From positions 1 through 8,107 of the forward strand of contig NW_021828546.1 in NCBI RefSeq assembly GCF_006345805.1: a stretch of DNA of 8,107 nt, read 5' to 3'. Made by a program: the position numbers and the translations under genes. The notes under the pieces were generated by a model, which saw nothing but the letters and a program-made list of their open reading frames with translations, did not search any database and was not told the DNA's origin. Origin of the DNA: Octopus sinensis. Its lineage: Eukaryota. This document shows positions 1 to 7,022 of the stretch, one piece after another; position 1 is the first letter of the stretch; each line of letters begins with the position of its first letter.

Positions 1-237
1 GATCAAATATTGAGGCCAAATGACGCACAGGGAACAATATCAAATAATGAATTTTACTAATACCTTCCTCGTCATCTATTGAGGTCGCATGTTACAAAAT
101 AAATGGAAAAAATTTTTAACCGACATATAAATTATTTAGATTTGAAGAAGCGTTAGTTTAAATATAATTTATAATTAATTCATTGATAATTAGCATAAAC
201 AGTTTGTTCTCTTATCAAGTATTCTTGTGATAATCAG

Positions 238-1059
238 ATGGCGAGTCTTTACATCAATAAAGAAATTATAGACGATCAAAAAAATTTACTAAAATCCGGT
301 AAAACTTCTTGACTAACACTATAGATGAGCAATCTTCAGAATTTTTTCAATTTCCTTCATTTTTAACAAAGATTTTCTTTAACGAAGAACAAAATCATAA
401 CAGTTATAATTAGACTAATTATTTATCAGTTTCAAATATCATTTATTGGAAAAACAAAACTTATTCGATATGTTTTCTTATTTCTTTCACTGCTATTATT
501 GTTTCATTTTATTATCAAAATTTTTTATATTCCCTATCAAATATAATTTTGGGAATTTTTTTTACTTCTGCTACCCTTAAAGCGTGTAATTTATTTGGTT
601 ATCGTTATCACTATTTGTTATATCAAAATCCATTAAAGTATAGTTTTTATTAAAAATATTTAGAAAATTTATCCATCCTGAAAATTATATTGTTAGTCAA
701 GAACGACTATGTGAAATTATTAATTGCTGTTGCATTTACTGTAAAATTTCAAAAAAACTTTTACTAAGCCTTTTACAATTTGAAGATAAATTTAAGAGTT
801 TTAAGGTAAAATATGGCATTTGAATGATTTAGTGTTTATTTGGTCTTTTACTGATATCTCTTTTATTTCGTGTTATTTCATTTCCGGTTTTTATGTTTAT
901 AGGTATTAAATCTGTGTTAAACTTTTTAGGAATGATATTGACAATGACGATTCCATTGATTTTGAAAAAATATTCTGTATTTATATTAAGCTTAATGAAT
1001 CTTAGAATCAGATCAACTATTATTGGATTAAGATCAATTCAAGTTTTAATAAGATTTAG
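238..1059 (+). CDS. Reticulon-domain (RTN/Yop1-like ER-shaping) protein, 7 exons, ~219 aa; possible extra 5' exon 103-151
   Basis: Manual splicing with exons 238-298, 325-402, 430-637, 664-805, 833-902, 930-976, 1006-1059 gives 660 nt, open to TAG. The introns are GT-AG of 26, 27, 26, 27, 27 and 29 nt; the first two contain GACTAAC/GACTAAT branch-like motifs. The product includes ISNIIYWKNKTYSICFLISFTAIIVSF...LSNIILGIFFTSATLK...NPLKKF...EDKFKSFKCLFGLLLISLLFRVISFPVFMFIGMILTMTIPLILKKYSNQINYYW. This matches the reticulon layout: 'xxYW(K/R)' start, two long hydrophobic hairpins, D..SLK, and P..Y.K...QI..Y. An upstream ATG at 103 with intron 152-202 is also in frame but less certain. Confidence 0.85.
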
Positions 1060-1399
1060 GTTTTCATTTGCTAAGTTGAAATTTTCAGAGCCAAATCTGT
1101 ACATTTTTCTCTTAAAGTATTGGATTAAATTAAATTGAAATAATCTTTTTAAGAATATATTTAATTATCTTTTTTAATTCATATATTTTATTTAATAAAA
1201 AAGTGGACATTAATCAAGGTCTGAAAAACCTCTCAAAAATTAACCAAGAATTTCTTGTTTTTAATTGAAAAATAAGAAATGGTGGAAATTTTTCATTACT
1301 CATTAACGTTTATTAGAATACCGCCCATAAGAGTTTAATTTGAGGAACAGGAGGACTCATCACATCAAAGTGCTCAAATTGAAGTTTACTTGATACAGT

Positions 1400-1800
1400 G
1401 TGAAGAGTCGAATTTTTTATACGCTTGATCCTACCAAAATATTCACAAAGAACTTCCGGTATGGGATGACTAAAAGTGTAAACAGGACATATTCAGGCGA
1501 CTAATGCCCTATTATACTATTTTCAGGTCACAAAATGACTAGTCGGTCGAGTTTTAGGATTCATTCTCCATGCGCTCAATTTAAAGGATGTCGCAAATAA
1601 TGTTGAACCAAGTCATATTGGGAATAAATTTTTACTGACAGATGTCACCAAATCAAAACAATGAAGAGCTGGTTTTGTTCTCGGGAAGATACTTTTTAGA
1701 AAGTTTCATCATCATTTTTTGAAATTATAAAACTACCTACGTGAGTGCCATTGACTCATCCTCATTTAGACTGAACCGTTTGCCGATATAGATTGTACTA
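1400..1800 (+). mobile_element. Highly decayed Ty3/Gypsy-like integrase fragment (Zn-binding region and start of core)
   Basis: One + frame with scattered stops reads RYGMTKSVNR...CP...SPCAQFKG...YWE*IFTD...EDTF*K...FEIIKLPT...VCRYRL. This is collinear with the integrase consensus H.G..K..R..WP...C..CQ..K...PWE.I..D...D.FSK...E...L.T...F.RYGLP. The match is by eye only. Confidence 0.4.
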
Positions 1801-2142
1801 GATGAGTTTATTTTGTATTTAATGTCAAATTAATGACACAATGTCGAATGAATGTTTTCTCATATAATTGAGACATATACTCTGGGACATTTTTTAGTAG
1901 TTTGGTAACTTTTTTTTACTTTTTAAATAAAAACAAATTTAATTCTGCTCATGAAAAAATATATCCCTGTCTTGATCAAGAGTGGAAAAAGTTTCAGACT
2001 GAAAAAATAATTTCAGTTAATCAGCCAGTAATTAGAATTATTCACATAATCCTTATTTATATTTTTATATAGCATAGAGTTAGGGCTTTTTAAGAAAGTT
2101 TGAAAAAATATCGTTTATAGTTGTAACAAATGCTTATAATAT

Positions 2143-2356
2143 AGGGTTTTCCACACTTTTTCGCTACTTTTGCAAGCAATTTCGCCACTTTTTCACACAA
2201 TTCCGTGTAAAGTAGATTATCGGCTTTTCGTTTCAAGCAATTATGCCACTTTTTCAAGCAATTTTGTGCATAAGAAGATTATCGGTTATTGTTTCAAACA
2301 AATTCGCTACTTTTTCAAGCAATTTCGCCATTTTTTGTGAAAGTGTGGAAAACCCT
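2143..2356. mobile_element. MITE (non-autonomous TIR DNA transposon), ~214 bp, superfamily uncertain (Mutator-like if the TSD is 9 bp)
   Basis: Perfect 20-bp inverted repeat TATAGGGTTTTCCACACTTT (2140-2159) / AAAGTGTGGAAAACCCTATA (2340-2359). Flanking direct repeat ATAATAT (2136-2142, 2357-2363), or TATAATATA/TATAATATT (2135-2143, 2356-2364) if the termini are GGG...CCC. No coding capacity. Confidence 0.85.
2160..2339. repeat. Internal tandem array of the MITE: 21-bp units nested in two 61-bp higher-order units
   Basis: A 21-mer of consensus TTCGCYACTTTTTCAAGCAAT occurs, with a few mismatches, at 2160-2180, 2181-2201, 2242-2262 and 2303-2323, with a partial copy at 2324-2339. The 61-bp units 2181-2241 and 2242-2302 share AGATTATCGG. 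Confidence 0.9.
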
Positions 2357-2389
2357 ATAATATTCACCAACCGTGAACAAATGAGTTAT

Positions 2390-3110
2390 TTCTATAATTT
2401 CGGCCTGGATCATTTTTGAAAATATGATTTGTTAGTTTGAGTAAACAATAAATTTCAAGAAGAAAATTCTACGCGCAATATAGACATATTTCTCATAGTG
2501 TTGAATTTTTCTTTTCTTTGACAGCCAACGATCCATTAAATTTTACAATCCAATTATTTTTTGATTAAAAATTCGGGACTAACCGAATCAAATTCATACG
2601 TTGTAATCATAACATTAGTCATGAGTTTGAACAGTGCAGACACACGTGTTATAAAGCGTTGATCATTTGGGGATATGATTCTACTTTAAAATAAACTTCC
2701 TGTAATGCTCTCTTATAAATTTATTAAAGATATATTGTACTAGCGTATCGGAATATTATTGGAAAATACTTCTTTTTTAATTTTGTCCCCAGTATTTACA
2801 TTGATATTATTATAAATGTTTCATATCAACAATTGTATCTCAGTTTGAATATTTCACATTGTCCTATACGTTAAAAACTATTTCCGAAATGGTAATGATA
2901 TTCATTATATCTCTAGGCTCCGTTTAAATATCTTATTATTTCGAGATTGCATTCCGATGAAAGCAGATTACGGTCAAACAATATTCAATATTTTGCCACA
3001 ACTCCAATATTGTTTTTCATATGGAATGATGTAGGTTTGAATTTTTAGACTGTTTTTGTGTAGTTGGAGATAATTTTCGATAAAAGACTTTTACAGGAGC
3101 TTGAATAGGT
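2390..3110 (-). mobile_element. Decayed non-LTR retrotransposon RT N-terminal region (R4/Dong/NeSL-like)
   Basis: The minus strand, with stops and frameshifts, gives in order VFYRKLS (~3090-3070), ELWQNI, SN*, then SPNDQRFITRVSALFKLMTNV (~2673-2611) and K*LDCK..WIVGCQRKEKFN. These are collinear with FYR.L...FW..IW...SNWK.PG...P.NYRPITC.S.LYKL.T...EQ.GC....GC.....N of RLE-clade RTs. Confidence 0.55.
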
Positions 3111-3194
3111 GCAAAAGATAATTAAAAAGGAAATTCGAGAAATTAACCCACATTTTTTTTAATTTAATGTGTTCGAAAATGACTCCTTAAAAAG

Positions 3195-4023
3195 TCGTTG
3201 TATATGATTATGACTCTAGTCCAGAGCTTTTCAAAAATAATTCTCGCGAATGGTTGACAAAGCCACCCGCATTTCAGCATCAATGTTTCTCAAACTTTCG
3301 CGTTTGTTATATTTCATATTATGCAGCTTAGAAAACCTGCTTCGCATAAATTGGTCGTTGAAAACTGTAAAATTATGGTCAGTGCATGTTTTGATAAACT
3401 GGGATATATGTTTCGAATATATATCCAGAATTCTACAATGTCTAACTCCGTCATCTTTAATCTTAAGGATCGATCATTAAATAGCGCAATAAGTTCTTCA
3501 TTTTCTTTAATAGACAAGTTTTTTGATTCAGGACAAGAAAAAGATTTCGTATCTTAAATATATTAAAAAACTAATAACCCAATCGAATTTTTCAATTTCT
3601 AAGTCTTGAAAATAAGCATCCATTTTGTTTTCCAAAAATTATTAAATGTTCATTAATTAGTCCCTGTATCGAATCATCATTATATCCTTAGACGGGGGTC
3701 CATCTGTACATATACCAATACAATTAACAAATGAAATATTATTGATATTGAAATAATCGTTTAATATCGTGAACATATCAATTGCTCGAGTAGTAGTTAA
3801 AAGAGGCTTGCAAAACAAGAATTGTTCTGTAATTTTCCCAGAATAAACAAATCGTATATATGCCAACAAATGTGCCATTCCCGAAATATCTGTGGTTTCG
3901 TTAAGTTGTAATGAAAATCGAGTTTCTTTAATAAAAATGAGACACTTTTTTCAATATTCTCCGACAAAGCACAAATCCGATCATTGAAAAGCTCTGGACT
4001 AGAGTCATAATCATATACAACGA
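3195..4023. mobile_element. Buster-derived element bounded by a perfect 40-bp inverted repeat (13-bp Buster-type TIR plus 27 bp of inverted flank)
   Basis: 3195-3234 TCGTTGTATATGATTATGACTCTAGTCCAGAGCTTTTCAA is the exact reverse complement of 3984-4023. The inner 13 bp CAGAGCTTTTCAA (3222-3234; 3984-3996) resemble Charlie/Buster TIRs (CAG...CAA). The adjacent 8-mers CTCTAGTC and GACTAGAG fit the NNNTANNN target consensus. Confidence 0.8.
3240..3983 (-). pseudogene. hAT-superfamily transposase remnant, Buster/Charlie (ZBED5/FAM200/SCAND3-like) family, internally deleted and frameshifted
   Basis: The minus strand across frameshifts reads RICALSENIEKSV...RFSLQLNETTDISGMAHLLAYIRFVYSGKITEQFLFCKPLLTTTRAIDMF...CIGICTDG, with the first catalytic D of LQLDE changed to N. 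After a large deletion near 3690 it continues LINEHL..LENKMDAYFQDLEIEKFDWV...EELIAL...EFWIYIRNIYPSLSKHALTIILQFSTTNLCEAGF(S)KLHNMK..KRESLRNIDAEMRVALSTI, the hAT C-terminal dimerisation domain. Confidence 0.9.
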
Positions 4024-4141
4024 TCAAAAGGAGTTGACAACTATAAATTAATGAAAAGGAATATTATGGTTTGAAAATAACGAATAAAATATGGCAATAA
4101 ATATAAATATGATAAACCCATAGCTGTTCTAAGAATTGTTA

Positions 4142-4429
4142 ATGAGTAATATCAATATCGTACAAGTTTCGCGTCCTTCCCCTTCCCGTTCCTATAAGAT
4201 CCCGAACTCAAACCAGAAAGTCGAGAGAATTGCCTATCGTGCCATCGAAAAAGTTTTAGGTCAACCTGTTGCTGAGCAGATTGAGAGAGATTTCTTTCGA
4301 GGTCCAATCGATAATAAGGCACTTTTTGAAGATCTTATGAAGCATGATACGCCCGAAATTAGTAAACTAAATTCACCGGAATTCAGTGATGCGTTAAGTT
4401 CGCTCAGAAGTGAATTAAAAGACACTTAG
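4142..4429 (+). CDS. Unassigned intronless ORF, 95 aa
   Basis: ATG 4142 to TAG 4429 with no stops, GC-richer than its very AT-rich flanks, and a protein-like charged/amphipathic sequence (ERIAYRAIEKVLGQPVAEQIERDFF). No family recognised. Confidence 0.35.
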   Translation: MSNINIVQVSRPSPSRSYKIPNSNQKVERIAYRAIEKVLGQPVAEQIERDFFRGPIDNKALFEDLMKHDTPEISKLNSPEFSDALSSLRSELKDT

Positions 4430-4879
4430 AATTAGAAAAATTAATAATCAATCACAACGACATAAAATTCAACCTATATATTAGGTTAATTAGAGTACAA
4501 TTTAATGATATACTAAAAGATGCTTTAAAACAAATAAATTAAAATAATATTTTTATACAACAAACCATTTTGACTGATAAGCACATTAAAACATATTTTA
4601 AAAATGTGAATTGTGTGAAACGCTTTAAAGGCACATAATTTGATAGTTTATAATTAACTCTAACCAGTTTTTAGTTTTATTTAAAACATTTTTTGAAATG
4701 TAAAAAGATAAAGGTTTAAAATCATCTGTAGAAAAAACTCAAACTTTATCCAGTTTTTTAGTTTAAAATCATATATAGATCTGAAGTTTAAAACGAAAAA
4801 TTAAATTTGTCCTTTTTTGATTCTTTTCATGTGAACAATCTTTGTATCTCCATTCGAAAATTCTACTTTAAATTTTTTC

Positions 4880-5003
4880 AAACCCTAAACCCAACCAATT
4901 CCCTAACCTTCACCCTAACCTTCACCCAAACCCTAACTTCACCAAACCCTAACCTTCACCCAACCCTAACCTATACCCTAACCTATACCCTAACCATAAC
5001 CAT
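4880..5003. repeat. Interstitial telomere-like (CCCTAA/TTAGGG) degenerate array
   Basis: Eight exact CCCTAA hexamers start at 4883, 4901, 4913, 4931, 4947, 4964, 4976 and 4988, interleaved with CCTTCA, CCCAAA and CCTATA variants. The array is internal to the window. Confidence 0.9.
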
Positions 5004-5157
5004 GAGATAAAACAGCATGCTTAATTTATTGTTTTTAATGATAATGGTTAAGCATTGAAAAAATAAAAATCCATAATATTATTAATTTTTAAATTAATAA
5101 GTAAATATATTTCAATCATTTAAATATTTTAAATTGAAATTTTAAAAATTTAGAGCA

Positions 5158-5200
5158 ATGGTAACGAGCGGGGCATGGTAACGAACAGGGCATGTGACCA
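5158..5200. repeat. Short 17-bp tandem repeat (2 copies plus a degenerate third)
   Basis: ATGGTAACGAGCGGGGC (5158-5174), ATGGTAACGAACAGGGC (5175-5191), then ATGTGACCA. Confidence 0.8.
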
Positions 5201-5218
5201 AAACAACAAGTATGCTAA

Positions 5219-5249
5219 CCGCGTGTTTACACGCGGCGTAATTTACTAG
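5219..5249 (+). mobile_element. Helitron-like 3' terminus (GC hairpin plus CTAG)
   Basis: Perfect hairpin CCGCGTGT-TT-ACACGCGG (5219-5236) in AT-rich DNA, then 9 nt, then CTAG (5246-5249). This is the canonical Helitron 3' architecture. The next base is G rather than the expected T, and the 5' TC end was not located. Confidence 0.65.
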
Positions 5250-5399
5250 GTTTTTTATTAATAATTGGATAACCAAAAATTAAGATAATTTATTAATAAA
5301 AACAAACATTATTTTAATTAAAACACAATTCTACCTAGTAACTTATAAAGAGTGTAAATATTAAAGCGCATATCTCAGTGATGCTCCAGATAGCTGAAA

Positions 5400-5870
5400 T
5401 AAGGATACAAAGAAGTGAGATCAAGATTGTTAAGGTGTCAAAAGTCGTGTTTAGTTATCTAAAAATTCTCATAAACCAACTGTACTCTCAAAATGATAGT
5501 GAATGCATTTTAGAGGTCAAAATGGATTTTAAAGTATTTTATTAAACGGAAACAGCAATGTTGTCAAATCTTTGCAAACATGGTTGATCCACAGCTAAGG
5601 TGAAAACTCTAATACGCCCCCTTAAACGGACACAAGGAAGTAGTAAAAGTTCTCATTGAGAATAACGCAGTCATCGAAGCCAGGTTGCTTATTTGCATGA
5701 ACACAGAAACTAATTTTATGAACACCTCTCGACTGTGCGACAACAAATGGCAATGTATGTCGAATATTGTTTAATGATGACACCCCAATTGATGCAAAGG
5801 ATCGTGCAAATGTTAAATTTTTATATTTGATGAGACAACTCCACTTCGCTGCTTACTTCTTGATTCTCTA
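5400..5870 (+). pseudogene. Ankyrin-repeat gene pseudogene with tiny introns
   Basis: Fragments LNGNSNVVKSL, LNGHKEVVKVLIENNAVIEA (5622-5681), *TPLDCATTNGNVCRILFNDDTPIDAKDRAN (5719-5811) and TTPL match the ankyrin consensus TPLH.A...G..EVVK.LL..GA.I.A.D. There is a 23-nt GT-AG intron at 5684-5706, plus in-frame stops and a frameshift. Confidence 0.75.
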
Positions 5871-6170
5871 ATTTAGAAAGCTGTTTGATTTGATCACTAT
5901 TTCTACTCAATGTATTGCCTTCAGAATTTAAAACGAGTCCTCAGTGTCTCCCACCTAATGAATTGCCTACATTTTGTCGTACCTCGTGTAATTAATTTAA
6001 CAGCAAGAAACATTCGTCTTTCATACTGACAATTTACAACTTCAGATGCCTAATCATCTGCCAGAGATCATTTGACCTTTTTCTTATCAAATGTGATATT
6101 TGGTTGCTTTTTCTTCTTGATTTTATTCGAATTTGAGCTTCAAAGTTTCAAACTTATTTCCTTTTGTTGC

Positions 6171-6257
6171 TCGGACCAACCGAACACGGCAGTTAAGCGA
6201 TTACAGGCTTTTCTAGTACTTAGCTGGGTGACCGCCTGGGAACAGAGAGTGTCGTAT
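6171..6257 (+). pseudogene. 5'-truncated 5S rRNA copy (5S pseudogene or SINE3-type head)
   Basis: CCGAACACGGCAGTTAAGCG...GGCTTTTCTAGTACTTAGCTGGGTGACCGCCTGGGAACAGAGAGTGTCGTA aligns collinearly with the 3' two-thirds of eukaryotic 5S. Visible landmarks are box A AGTTAAGC (6191-6198), loop E TAGTA and box C-like GCTGGGTGACC. The 5' strand of helix I (expected TACGAC) is absent upstream. Confidence 0.8.
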
Positions 6258-6639
6258 TATTATTGTGTCCCCGTGGTAAACTTTTAGTTTGTCTTTTTTA
6301 ATATAAATAAATTTTATTTTTAATTAAAAATTGTTTAATTAGATGAATTTTTAATAAAAGCATCGTAAACTGTCACACGTGTTATTTTTATTTAGTTGTA
6401 CTTGTTTTTATTCTACTTTGTATTATTTTTTTTGTTTAATTGGATTCAGAAGGAATATTTCGTGATGCAGTTTCTTTTAATGATTAAGTTATCTGAAATT
6501 TCATCATTTTTGAGATATTTTTTGATTTTATTCCTCTAATCTGCTTCCTTCACTTTTTTGAGATTTATCGATTTTATTTTTTAATCTTCTTTTTTAAATC
6601 TTTTTTGAAATTTAATTGATTGATTATTTTATGGAGTGA

Positions 6640-6930
6640 TATTGTATAAAATAAAGTATTATATATGCATTTATAATATGGGAAAATCCTCCCGTAAATC
6701 GGTCAGTCCGTGGTGTTTGTTTAATTGCATTGTGAGCTAATCCAATAGCCTCACTCTGGGTTGTAAGTATTTCGGAGTAATTGGAATTCATTATAGAAGA
6801 AAATACTGGATGTTTATCCAATTTAATACCATGCTTTCTCCGGACCCAATTTTTGCAACTTATCTTGTATGGGTTACAATAGTGTAGAAATCTATTTCAA
6901 ACGTATAGATTCCTCCATTGTAAACAAGTA
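6640..6930 (-). pseudogene. Proteasome beta-type subunit, C-terminal fragment (divergent, disrupted)
   Basis: The minus strand reads GGIYTFEID...*VAKIGSGE, then a 24-nt GT-AG intron (6829-6806), then after a frameshift VFSSIMNSNYSEILTTQSEAIGLAHNAIKQTPRTDRFTGGF. This matches the beta-subunit pattern GSGS..AYG.LD..Y..DLT.EEA..L..RAI..A..RD..SGG. In-frame TAA at 6862-6860. Confidence 0.65.
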
Positions 6931-7022
6931 CAAGAATTACGGTCAAAAATATAACAAGAAATCAAATATATTGATTAATTAATTAGGTTCTGAAAGCAAG
7001 AAAGAAATTAAAGATAGCTAAG

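Noticed and set aside
238-1059. Ciliate-type genetic code (TAA/TAG = Gln)
   Set aside because: The spliced exons contain no internal TAA/TAG and use CAA/CAG for Gln. Stops in the relics are of all three types and come with frameshifts.
893-1138. 81-aa ORF as a standalone gene
   Set aside because: It is a read-through of reticulon exons and introns and leaves the correct frame after 976.
1279-1800. Second tiny-intron host gene (GT-AG candidates 1459-1485, 1527-1557, 1612-1641, 1741-1769)
   Set aside because: No combination I tried gave a stop-free, recognisable protein, and such pairs arise easily by chance in AT-rich DNA.
2160-2339. CRISPR-like repeat/spacer pattern
   Set aside because: The 'spacers' are copies of each other, some repeats are directly adjacent, the array lies inside TIRs with a TSD, the context is eukaryotic and no cas genes are present.
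3250-3557. Plus-strand ORFs 3250-3480 and 3321-3557
   Set aside because: They are antisense shadows of the hAT transposase remnant.
4880-5003. True chromosome end
   Set aside because: The array is short, degenerate and flanked by complex sequence on both sides.
4807-5010. 67-aa Thr/Leu-rich ORF
   Set aside because: It is a translation of the CCCTAA-variant array.
6072-6287. 71-aa ORF
   Set aside because: It has a non-ATG start and a low-complexity T-rich first half, and it overlaps the 5S-derived segment.
2641-6385. Shared 12-mer CACACGTGTTAT at 2641-2652 and 6374-6385
   Set aside because: The match is isolated with no extended homology, so it is compatible with chance.
6500-6610. Imperfect TTTTTGAGAT...GATTTTATT duplication
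   Set aside because: It is a low-complexity T-rich tract with no clear unit or boundaries.
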